Source: Macrostomum lignano
Taxonomy: Eukaryota
DNA length: 64,000 bases
Assembly: GCA_002269645.1 (NCBI GenBank)
Contig: NIVC01000271.1
Location: 124,001 to 188,000 of the forward strand
Reading direction: 5' to 3'
The notes under the pieces are model-generated. The model saw only the letters and a list, made by a program, of their open reading frames with translations. It was not told where the DNA came from and did not search any database. Position 1 is the stretch's first letter, and each line of letters opens with the position of its first letter. Shown here piece by piece: positions 53,466-64,000 of this stretch. The position numbers and the translations under genes are program-made.

Positions 53466-54715
53466 GCTATCCGTGCAGGCAGTCAGTCTATTTGTGAATT
53501 TTCTGGTGGATCTGAAGAAAACCCGTCCGGCACAGGATTAAAGAGAAAGAGACGATCTGTTTTGGGTGAGTATTATCTGCTGTAGAAGTATTGTACACCA
53601 GAGTACTTGTGTTACTTGGTAGAGCACAATTCAAAAGCAATGCAACAATCTCAGTGGCATTGTTGGGACACAAGCTACAAACGCAATGAATAGTAAACAC
53701 AGCCCAGCCTAGCTCAAGGCTAGTAATTTGTTGGGCATTTATTGGGACATTGCAGCCAGGCCTATTTTTTGAACAGCATTTGTTGGGTCGCACTTATTGG
53801 GACAATACTGATTCTAATCGCGACTACTTCTGAGTTCTGACTTTTCAAAACAGACCCAGCATTAGTTGAACACGTTCTATTAAAGGGTTCCTTTATAGCC
53901 TATTAATGATTACTAAGGCAAGCCTATCTTAATTGATTTCTTTTCCTCGCAGATTCTGAAGTCAGCCACGCCAGCGACATGCCTAAGAGACAAGAATGCG
54001 CTTTAACGATCAGCAGCGAGCATTCTGATCTCGCCGCTGCATCCGTCATTTGGTTCACTTGCTGCTCACAAGCCGCAGCGCAGCAGCAGCAGCAGCAGCA
54101 GCAGCCGCTATCCGTGCAGGCAGTCAGTCTATTTGTGAATTTTCTGGTGGATCTGAAGAAAACCCGTCCGGCACAGGATTAAAGAGAAAGAGACGATCTG
54201 TTTTGGGTGAGTATTATCTGCTGTAGAAGTATTGTACACCAGAGTACTTGTGTTACTTGGTAGAGCACAATTCAAAAGCAATGCAACAATCTCAGTGGCA
54301 TTGTTGGGACACAAGCTACAAACGCAATGAATAGTAAACACAGCCCAGCCTAGCTCAAGGCTAGTAATTTGTTGGGCATTTATTGGGACATTGCAGCCAG
54401 GCCTATTTTTTGAACAGCATTTGTTGGGTCGCACTTATTGGGACAATACTGATTCTAATCGCGACTACTTCTGAGTTCTGACTTTTCAAAACAGACCCAG
54501 CATTAGTTGAACACGTTCTATTAAAGGGTTCCTTTATAGCCTATTAATGATTACTAAGGCAAGCCTATCTTAATTGATTTCTTTTCCTCGCAGATTCTGA
54601 AGTCAGCCACGCCAGCGACATGCCTAAGAGACAAGAATGCGCTTTAACGATCAGCAGCGAGCATTCTGATCTCGCCGCTGCATCCGTCATTTGGTTCACT
54701 TGCTGCTCACAAGCC

Positions 54716-54748
<33 letters not shown>

Positions 54749-55357
54749 GCTATCCGTGCAGGCAGTCAGTCTATTTGTGAATTTTCTGGTGGATCTGAAG
54801 AAAACCCGTCCGGCACAGGATTAAAGAGAAAGAGACGATCTGTTTTGGGTGAGTATTATCTGCTGTAGAAGTATTGTACACCAGAGTACTTGTGTTACTT
54901 GGTAGAGCACAATTCAAAAGCAATGCAACAATCTCAGTGGCATTGTTGGGACACAAGCTACAAACGCAATGAATAGTAAACACAGCCCAGCCTAGCTCAA
55001 GGCTAGTAATTTGTTGGGCATTTATTGGGACATTGCAGCCAGGCCTATTTTTTGAACAGCATTTGTTGGGTCGCACTTATTGGGACAATACTGATTCTAA
55101 TCGCGACTACTTCTGAGTTCTGACTTTTCAAAACAGACCCAGCATTAGTTGAACACGTTCTATTAAAGGGTTCCTTTATAGCCTATTAATGATTACTAAG
55201 GCAAGCCTATCTTAATTGATTTCTTTTCCTCGCAGATTCTGAAGTCAGCCACGCCAGCGACATGCCTAAGAGACAAGAATGCGCTTTAACGATCAGCAGC
55301 GAGCATTCTGATCTCGCCGCTGCATCCGTCATTTGGTTCACTTGCTGCTCACAAGCC

Positions 55358-55390
<33 letters not shown>

Positions 55391-56050
55391 GCTATCCGTG
55401 CAGGCAGTCAGTCTATTTGTGAATTTTCTGGTGGATCTGAAGAAAACCCGTCCGGCACAGGATTAAAGAGAAAGAGACGATCTGTTTTGGGTGAGTATTA
55501 TCTGCTGTAGAAGTATTGTACACCAGAGTACTTGTGTTACTTGGTAGAGCACAATTCAAAAGCAATGCAACAATCTCAGTGGCATTGTTGGGACACAAGC
55601 TACAAACGCAATGAATAGTAAACACAGCCCAGCCTAGCTCAAGGCTAGTAATTTGTTGGGCATTTATTGGGACATTGCAGCCAGGCCTATTTTTTGAACA
55701 GCATTTGTTGGGTCGCACTTATTGGGACAATACTGATTCTAATCGCGACTACTTCTGAGTTCTGACTTTTCAAAACAGACCCAGCATTAGTTGAACACGT
55801 TCTATTAAAGGGTTCCTTTATAGCCTATTAATGATTACTAAGGCAAGCCTATCTTAATTGATTTCTTTTCCTCGCAGATTCTGAAGTCAGCCACGCCAGC
55901 GACATGCCTAAGAGACAAGAATGCGCTTTAACGATCAGCAGCGAGCATTCTGATCTCGCCGCTGCATCCGTCATTTGGTTCACTTGCTGCTCACAAGCCG
56001 CAGCAGCAGCAGCAGCAGCAGCCGCTATCTGTGCAGCAGTCAGTTAATTC
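50056..56050 (+). repeat. 642-bp tandem array (about 9 units) amplifying an exon+intron unit
   Basis: Unit starts at 50739, 51381, 52023, 52669, 53311, 53953, 54594, 55236 and 55878. Copies are nearly identical apart from (GCA)n length and single-base changes. Confidence 0.97.
50739..55950 (+). CDS. Putative multi-exon gene of repeated 255-nt symmetric exons (poly-Ala, KRKRR); expression unproven
   Basis: Each unit has the acceptor TTGATTTCTTTTCCTCGCAG, a 255-nt exon (258 nt in copy 3) open only in phase 1, and the donor G|GTGAGT. Copy 6 has a 1-bp frameshift. Confidence 0.4.
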
Positions 56051-56242
56051 ATGAGTTTTCTGGCGGAGCTGGATATTTTTTAATTTTCTGAATTGAGAAG
56101 CCGATTAACTGTTGTGTGCTTCACTGGAATATTATTTAGAGGACGCATTTTTTGCAGTCTGTTTCTAATAAAACCGGTGCAATGACCGCGGTAGAGCTCT
56201 AGCATTTGCTTTTTATAGTATTTGTGTATATTCTTTTTCAAG

Positions 56243-56572
56243 CTATGCTGGAATTGTTGGGACAGCCCTATCCACACTGGCTATGGTGGAATTGTTGGGA
56301 CAGCCCCATCCACACTGGCTATGGTGGAATTGTTGGGACAGCCCTATCCACACTGGCTATGGTGGAATTGTTGGGACAGCCCCATCCACACTGGCTATGG
56401 TGGAATTGTTGGGACAGCCCATCCACACTGGCTATGGTGGAATTGTTGGGACAGCCCCATCCACACTGGCTATGCTGGAATTGTTGGACAGCCCTATCCA
56501 CACTGGCTATGGTGGAATTGTTGGACAGCCCTATCCACACTGGCTATGCTGGAATTGTTGGGACAGCCCTAT
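56243..56572. repeat. 38-bp minisatellite (CTATGGTGGAATTGTTGGGACAGCCCCATCCACACTGG)n
   Basis: About 9 copies. Confidence 0.95.
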
Positions 56573-57936
56573 ACTATAGTGTGTGCTGGCTTCTGCTATA
56601 GTGTGGTTCATTTCCGCATCCTTTTACGTAGCATTCTGTGGGTCCGAATAGCTGACATGTACGAGCTACCTTTTGAGTAATTCTAGTGATTGTGTCTTAA
56701 TCAATAAAGTACATTTTTATGAACAGTGGAGTTTCGCTACAGAATTGTTTTTTTCCCAGTGGCACTAAATGTAGCAAATTTTGTTTATTCAGATCGTAAA
56801 ATTTTTTTGATATGTGTCAATGTCGTTTGTTTTCGATAACCTTAAAGTCCCTTGCCATTTACCATCCTGTCTTCTATAATCTATGATCGCTGAAATTATC
56901 CTGTGAAATTTGACGCGCTGATATTATTGCCTTAAGTGGAATTCAGCAAGACACCAGGGTTTTTTAATTCTGTTTTAGACAAGTATACATGTACAATCTG
57001 TTGTGAGTTCAATGCACCTCGAAAAATGCTTTCCAACTGTTTTCAGTAAGCCAAAAGCATGTTGTCAATAAAAATCGATTTGGTGGGTTGAAAATTGCCT
57101 GTGTGGGGACGTGTGTGTGTGTGATTTTTCGTGTGTCGGAGCAGTCCCAATATGTGCAAGCTTTTGCACACTTGGCCAATAAGTGCCTCGTGCACGTTTG
57201 TGTGTGTGTGTGTGTGTGCGTGTGTGCGTACTCGGAGCTCAGAGGAGCTGCTACTATAATAGGGTGCATTAGGGGACCGGAACTAAATTATAGTAACTCT
57301 TAAGGCTATAGAACGACATTCGCTAATTTAAATTAAAACTCGCCACCTGCTTTATAATAAATTAACAAAGCCAGACTAATGTTTGCAGAGAGAGTGTTTA
57401 TTGGTGATTGGTAATATTATTACAGACTTAATTTCTAAGCTCTTATGATGTTCATGATGGTAAACTGGGTTAATTGCCTATTAACTTTACATCACTGCTC
57501 ACTAATGCTATTATCTGTGCATCAATTGTCTTTGGTTTTGCAGTCTATTATAATACAGTATCCTACAGTCTGGTCAGGTCTTTGCTTCACTCGTAACTCT
57601 CGTTATATATACTACTTGTAATATGCTTCTGAAGCCCGCTATTGATTAATATGTGTTTTGCATACTGATAAATAAACTATGCTAGATTATTTATCCATCT
57701 GATTTATGGTTCGACATTTTATCTTAATAGAAAATTGCACTTAAAAAGTCAAATAGTTATTTTTTAATTTATCGATAACAAGAGCCGATAAAATTTACCG
57801 ATGCTGTTTATTTGTTTAGATTGTTCAGGATTATTTTGTTAAAACAGTAAAAATTAGCAAGTGTCACAGCTGTTACCGAGAGTCTTAAAACAGTCGTAGA
57901 ACCTGGCTCGGATCGGGGCTGCAACAGTTCAGTTTT

Positions 57937-58257
57937 TTAGACAACGCCGCACACCATCGTGTTGTCTCCGGTTGAGAAGGCGTCACTCTTAGTCACGCTG
58001 CCGAACTTCATCCAGCAGGTGCCGCCGTTGTAGCGGGTCCAGGCGAAGTGGGTGCAGCGGTGGGTTCGGGCGCAGGCGCCACCGCACTGCTCGCCGGGCA
58101 TCCGCTCATTCTTCAGATCGCGGTTGTAGAAGTCGCAACCGAACGCCCAGTTGCCGTTCCAGCGGATGCGTCGAGCCTCTACTTGAGTTGACACGGCGCA
58201 AAGAAGACCTAAGAACACCAGTAGAACCTTCAACGAGCTGATACGGCCGGCCATCAT
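57937..58257 (-). CDS. Small secreted PAN/Apple-domain (PAN_4, CBEL-like) protein, 106 aa
   Basis: Intronless GC-rich ORF with a hydrophobic signal peptide (LKVLLVFLGLLCAVSTQVEA). The mature part has WAFGCDF..RDL....GEQCGGAC..T.RCTHFAW...NGGTCWMK...MVCG, a six-Cys Apple pattern. Confidence 0.85.
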   Translation of the reverse strand: MMAGRISSLKVLLVFLGLLCAVSTQVEARRIRWNGNWAFGCDFYNRDLKNERMPGEQCGGACARTHRCTHFAWTRYNGGTCWMKFGSVTKSDAFSTGDNTMVCGVV

Positions 58258-59104
58258 TGCGCTCTGCAGGAAATTTAAATTGCGATGAAAGGACGCCTTA
58301 AATATGAATGAATAAACGCTTAAAGATATTCCTGGAATTTAGGACCATGAAGTGGTTGTTCTGAAAGTGGTTTAGAGCCGGTCAAGTGTAGGCTTAAATG
58401 GCCTTCTTAATCTTAAGACCTATCTAAAGTAATTACAAGAGCAAACAAAGATTGACAGAAACTTACCGAAGCTTTTGTGGTTGACTCTCGGTAAGAATAA
58501 ACTAGAAATTACGCTTGTAGTACTTTGCAACCGATCCTGAGATGATTTTGTGTTTGAGTGAGTCAATTTTTACCTGCTTTTATAGACTAGAAAGTTCTTC
58601 AGTCGCAGCATTGGTTTGGGGTGACGAAGTGGCCCAGCTCTGACGCTATTGGCTGTCGCGCAAGTCCATCGTGCAGGTTAATTGTCTTCACTCGTGAGGG
58701 CCAGTTTATTACCCCCACGACTCAGAAAGTGTACATGCTGTAAGTGAGTCAGGGCCCTCGTGCTAAGCACCTGTGTGAAGGTGCGTGCACACTGGGGGGG
58801 GGGTTTGCAATTTTGAAATTAATCTTCCAATTAAGGCTGATTTGTGCATTGAAAATGAATCACGCATCATAAAAACTTTCTTTAAGATAAATATATAATG
58901 GTTATTAGTTTAGTTTTATTATGCAATCACTCCACTTGAACTTTTGCCACTGATGCAATATATCGTTTGAAGCAATTTAAACTGGATAAATTATCGGTGA
59001 TTAAAGCCATGGGCAACTAAGGTAAGGACAAGTTACATAATTGTCGCTGCATGTCAGTTTTGCATGTATCTGCAGTATGCATTTGCAAGAAAGGCAGTTT
59101 TCCT

Positions 59105-59372
59105 TTTTCATTTTGAAGGGGCGCCGTTCCATTTTGAAGGGGCGCCATTCCATTTTGAAGGGGCGCCGTTCCATTTTGAAGGGGCGCCATTCCATTTTGA
59201 AGGGGCGCCGTTCCATTTTGAAGGGGCGCCATTCCATTTTGAAGGGGCGCCATTCCATTTTGAAGGGGCGCCATTCCATTTTGAAGGGGCGCCATTCCAT
59301 TTTGAAGATGCGCCATTCAATTTTGAAGGGGCGCCATTCCATTTTGAAGGGGCGCCATTCCATTTTGAAGGG
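59105..59372. repeat. 21-bp minisatellite (CCATTTTGAAGGGGCGCCATT)n
   Basis: About 13 copies. Confidence 0.95.
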
Positions 59373-59383
59373 AAGCAAAGCAT

Positions 59384-59520
59384 CAGGGTCTGAGCCAACA
59401 CCCCCGCCAGCACCAGGGTCTGAGCCAACACCCCCGCCAGCACCAGGGTCTGAGCCAACACCCCCGCCAGCACCAGGGTCTGAGCCAACACCCCCGCCAG
59501 CACCAGGGTCTGAGCCAACA
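59384..59520. repeat. 30-bp minisatellite (CAGGGTCTGAGCCAACACCCCCGCCAGCAC)n
   Basis: About 4.5 perfect copies. Confidence 0.95.
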
Positions 59521-59616
59521 TGTATATTGTACTATTTAGGTGACCTCTGGCGTCAGAATGCTGCTAATGTAAACAGAAATAGCACCTGGTGTTTGGCTTC
59601 GTGAGTCTAAGTCCAA

Positions 59617-59745
59617 GTGAGTCCAAGGAGGACCGGCTCAAGCTTCAATTGACGAGTCATCACTTGGCTTGGCTGTGCAAACGTGAGCTATAACTTGTTG
59701 CGCGGTCGTTCTTCGTCTAAAATAAAAATGAAGCATGACTGGAAA
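59617..59745 (+). repeat. Second copy of the 130-bp dispersed repeat (see 47098)
   Basis: Direct sequence match to 47098-47225. Confidence 0.85.
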
Positions 59746-61680
59746 TTAAGGCTTAATCTACTTTAATTAGTAGTCCTTGAGCCGTGTATAAGCTAGATTG
59801 TTGCTGCTGGTGAACCTATGATGAGCAGGCAGTATGTATGGAATCAGACTGTGAAGGCCTGAACTTAAGCGTAGCTATCTGGAACCGTCAATTGTGTGTA
59901 TACGGTACAGCACAATTTACACATCCCTGCGATGATATGTTTGCCACGAATCTCTTATTCCCGACATTTGCCTAGCAACCACGCCACGTTGCAAGTTTCC
60001 ACTCTCATTTTATATAGCTTTTATATGGACACGCGAAGATCACTCATCTAAAGATTTCTTAGTTGGCTACAAAATTATACGGGTTTAGATTTGATTGAAG
60101 TATGAGCATCATCGGTCAGGTTATAAACATTTCCCACATTTTTTAGGATCGTTTGAGGGCCTTTATCGAATAAGTGCATGTACGTATATGTATATGACGT
60201 TTGTTAGCCAACTCAGCGAATTCAGAATAAATCTCAGAAAATAATAAATGGCCCTCTGATGCAAGCCGAGGAGATCCCTGGAAAAAGGAAAAACAGGATG
60301 AAATGTCAGATCACTGTTCTGTTTTGGGGCTGATGCGCCCAAGCAATGCTGCCTTAATTCTGGCAGTAGGTTATGTACATGAATATACATGCAGTTGCGC
60401 AAGTCAACAATACGAAGAACACAAACAATAAGGCACCAGAGAAAGACGAAGGACACTACTATAGATATAATATACTCGTATGCGTATGCAATAAATACTA
60501 ATCGCAGGTATTGCACTTAACTATCGTTTTTTAATTAATCCTAACATAAATAAATAGTATATTTAAATTTTAAACGTTTCATAAAGCTCTTTGTTGTTAA
60601 ACGGGGTGGGAAGCTGGGCTTACCCGCGGATCAGCCCTGGGGGGGGGGCTCTGCCGCTAGTGGGGCACTTTCCTAGGGCACTTTCGTGGACCCGAGATAC
60701 CCTCCTCGGAAGACCAAGAACCATGTGAATTGGGCCCTGACATAAGCCAGGGGAGAGCAAAGGGACCTCAAGCCTACGGTACAAGACACCGCGCCAACCC
60801 AATATTAGTGGAATCAGGGACGGTACAAGGACTGAGTCCACCCAGGCCACCCCCCCAGCAGACAAGTCCTCGGGAGTGCGCGAAAAAACAGAATTGGAAT
60901 TATTAGTAAAAGCTGTCCAAGAGCGGGGAAACCCAGAAGTCTTGGAAAGGGCTTGATTATTGGAGAGTCTGGAAGGCTTGTTTCCGAGGGCGAGACTCCA
61001 GGCAGGAAGACCGTCTACCGGCTACAAACCCAAGGGTATCGCCTATCCAGCTCATTATTGGGGGCCAGGCCAAGGGGGGCGGGGAGGGGCACAAGGAGCA
61101 AGAGGAAACCGGACTCAGCCGGTTTTCCCCGATTCGGGACGAACATCCTTCCCAGGACTCCAATCCACTGTCAGAGATGAGAGCCAAGGCGCAAAAGCAG
61201 GGAGACAACCAGAGGAGCCAGCAGATGGACCAAGGACAGAGCAGGATGGACCGGGCAGGTAGGGCAGAGCTCATAACTCCAAAGAAATTCTTCATAAAGC
61301 TCTTTAAAGCACCATACCCAGAAGGCGATCTGTTTAGCTATTTATATATAATCCTTAATGCTATGCGCTACCAGTTACTAAACTCAAAATAAGAAATAAA
61401 TAAATGTTTCAGCCTTGAATAGTTAATGCACTATTTAGCCTGCTAGCGTTTTATATTCGACATCCAATTTAAATGTTTTGTTTTCTTATACGCGGTATCA
61501 AAAATGGCACGAATACAGTTTCCAATCCTGTCGGACTTTTCCAAGAATAGTTACCTTTTCGTCGATCCTGAATTGCTGTAACGTATTTGTCTGCGAAAAC
61601 AAATCTGTATAGTAGCTAAAATCCTGTAGTCGCAGTAATATTTGTAAATCGGTGTAATATTCCTGTTGTATATTTATGTT

Positions 61681-61812
61681 ATGGATAATTCGCCTAGTAT
61701 ATCCCCTGCTGCTCCTATTGATATCCAAGTTGAGAAAGCAGATGATCAAATTCAAAGTGAAAACTTGGAACTTGACCTAGCTCAAGCTTTGGGTTTAGAA
61801 ACTCTGGATGAA
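61681..61812 (+). CDS. Candidate first coding exon of an unidentified gene (MDNSPSISPAAPIDIQVEKADDQIQSENLELDLAQALGLETLDE)
   Basis: ATG-initiated 44-codon acidic ORF ending at a consensus GAA|GTAAGT donor. No downstream exon or homology established. Confidence 0.3.
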
Positions 61813-62114
61813 GTAAGTAATCTAAGTAGTTTTTTAGTTTGAATTCTTATTTTTGACACGGAATTAAGTGTTTTCATTGTTTTATAATTATAAATTCAAT
61901 TTATTCAGATAGTAAATAGAAACCCCACAATTTGACTTGAGTTTAATATTTATTTATAATATTAGGAAACTTTTAGTGTCATTATTATTAACTTTGTCAT
62001 TTTGCATAATCCTCTTTGAAACTCAAATGTTGTAGTTTTGGATTTAATTTTAAAAGAATTAAAAAAATAATATATAGATAGTTTATAAAATTATAGTTAT
62101 CAATGGTTATATGA

Positions 62115-63775
62115 CGAGTATAACTTTGGCCATCAACTTTTCTGTCAACTTTTCCGTCAACTTTTCCGTTAACTTTTCTGTCAACTTTTCCGTCAAGTAT
62201 TCCGTCAACTTTTCCATCAAGTATTCTGTCAAATTTTCCGTCAACAATTTATTGTTCTGAAAAAAACATGTGGCTTTCTCAAATAGGATCATCATGCGAG
62301 TAGCTCTTTGATCATTTATTGTGTTTGCATGCTTATATATATCAATGAAAAAACAAGCCTGCACTGCATTAGTAACAACGTACATCTTTTCCATTTTCCC
62401 TAGTACTAGTGCTTTATTTCACAAAGATAAATTGATGAACAAGTGCAGATGTTGTAGTGCAGGTAGTGTAGCAATACCAATTAAATTCTGGAACATGTCG
62501 CACTGGAAATTTTTGTGTGTGTTTTTTATTTCTAATTTACACATGTACATGTGTATATACTCAACAAATTTAAAGCATGTATAAAAAATTGCTAAGGAAA
62601 CTGCACTTATGCAAAAAATTAACACTTTCCATTCAGAGTACACAAAAAATTTGATAGAATATATTTCACAGACTTGCATAAATGTTGATGAAATAGTTAA
62701 CGGAAAAGTGTGAGATATTTGGCGGAAAAGTTAATGGAAATGTTGACAGAAGAGTTAACGGAAAAATTTATCGGAATACTTGATGGAATAGTTAACGGAA
62801 AAGTTAACGGAAAAGTTGACGGAAAAGTTTGACGTAAAAGTTGACAGAATAGTTAACGGAAAAAGTTATTTATCCTACTAACACGAAAATGTGCCAGGCC
62901 TTCTGGCTCTGTCTTTCTAAACTTCTAACTATTAGCGTTTATTAAATATCCCACTATTGCCACCAGCTGTGACAGGTGTTATTCCTACAGTTATCCTGAT
63001 TATACTTGTTTCTACTCCCTAACTATTTCTTAGAATTTCATTTAAATATTTCTGGGTAGCGTTCTTAGTAGCGTCTCTGGTAGCGTATGGCTTGCTTTCT
63101 GGTAGCGTTCTGGTAGCTTATGGCTTGCTTTCTGGTAGCGTTCTGGTAGCTTATGGCTTGCTTTCTGGTAGCGTTCTGGTAGCTTATGGCTTGCTTTCTG
63201 GTAGCGTTCTGGTAGCTTATGGCCTGAGCGGTCTAGTACTGGTATATGTATTAGTGAATAGTCCTAATCGGGCGTTACCGAGACTAGAGGGTCACGGCGC
63301 CTCTTTTAGTATAACTCCAAGAATTAGTCCCAATTTCCCTTCTCTTAGCAAATTTCTTAGAATCATTTCACAGGTTTTTGCAAATGAATAAGTCGCTATT
63401 CAACTTAAAGACTTTGAAAGGTTTAGATCAAACTGCTTGTTTTGTTTGCAATATAGCTCACAGGTATCAGACAGTTGGTTTATTTGCTATAAAATCGCTC
63501 CTATATATAGTGGTTTCCCCCCATACAATTAAAACAAAAAATAATTCCCCAATTTATTTCGCGCAGTAAAACAAAAATATTCGGTACGGTAAAACAAAAT
63601 ATTTATCTAGTATTTCGCACGAGTTTAGTTTCTAAGAAAACATACCTTTATTGCTCAAAATTCGTACAGTATTAAAGCACTACTACAAAAAGTTGACGGA
63701 ATAGTTGACGGAATAGTTAACAGAAAAGTTAATGGAAAAGTTGACGGAAAAGTTGATGGCCAAAGTTATACTCAT
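62115..63775. mobile_element. Mutator/foldback-like non-autonomous element, about 1.66 kb
   Basis: Inverted termini GAGTATAACTTTGGCCATCAACTTTTC with inverted arrays of a 12-bp unit (AACTTTTCCGTC). Flanked by a 9-bp direct repeat GTTATATGA at 62106-62114 and 63776-63784; the ends are offset by 1 nt. Confidence 0.7.
63070..63245. repeat. 33-bp minisatellite (CTGGTAGCGTTCTGGTAGCTTATGGCTTGCTTT)n inside the Mutator-like element
   Basis: About 5 copies; the source of ORF 63092..63391. Confidence 0.9.
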
Positions 63776-64000
63776 GTTATATGAGACATAAGTCTAATTT
63801 TTCTGAGAAATCTGAGAAAATGTCTTAGTGGCCTAATCTAAAAAAGTTAGAAGACTTACTATAATAATGTATTCATTTTTTGTGAACTTTCTAGTAAAGT
63901 AATACTTTAAACCATACCTAAGAATAGCTAAAGGACTTCTTCAAGTTTAAGTTGATAAAATACTTTTGATTTTACTATTTTTAAAAACTTTTTTAGCATA

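Noticed and set aside
50167-55718. Repeated minus-strand 101-aa Cys-rich ORF (MRPNKCCSK...)
   Set aside because: No domain pattern recognised. It spans the plus-strand exon/intron boundary, and the splice signals favour the plus strand.
50739-55900. 642-bp array as a CRISPR, snRNA/SL RNA or 5S rDNA cluster
   Set aside because: No unique spacers and a eukaryotic context. No recognisable SL (ATG|GT), U-snRNA or 5S sequence; the AATTTGTTGG Sm-like motif alone is insufficient.
57270-57330. TATAGTAACTCTTAAGG resembling an LSU rRNA homing-endonuclease site
   Set aside because: The match is only about 12 nt, with no flanking rRNA similarity.
59001-59604. Overlapping ORFs with FKMEWRP / HFEGAPF / GSEPTPPPAP repeats
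   Set aside because: They are products of adjacent 21-bp and 30-bp minisatellites, open on both strands.

Overview
Repeat-rich invertebrate (eukaryotic) genomic DNA, not prokaryotic. Intron structure, the abundant minisatellites and an RTE-type fragment are compatible with a free-living flatworm such as Macrostomum, but that is inference only. Five protein-coding genes can be rebuilt with in-phase GT-AG junctions: a USP44/49-type deubiquitinase (minus, 4 exons, 713 aa), TTI1 (minus, 2 exons, 1081 aa), BROX (plus, 6 exons, 425 aa, CAAX end), an NCS-2/neurocalcin-type calcium sensor (plus, 3 exons, 192 aa) and a small secreted PAN/Apple-domain protein (minus, 106 aa). Most introns are filled with distinct minisatellites, and most ORFs in the supplied track are artefacts of these. 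Mobile DNA includes a CACTA/EnSpm-like element, a hAT MITE with an 8-bp TSD, a deleted mariner, a Mutator-like foldback element, tRNA-derived SINEs and LINE remnants. Four observations stand out: (1) a 642-bp tandem array that amplifies a symmetric phase-1 exon encoding poly-Ala plus KRKRR; (2) a head-to-tail trimer of non-autonomous Helitrons inserted exactly at A|T inside a BROX intronic minisatellite, each unit carrying its own minisatellite; (3) an operon-like TTI1-USP arrangement; (4) an intronless CBEL-like PAN protein.
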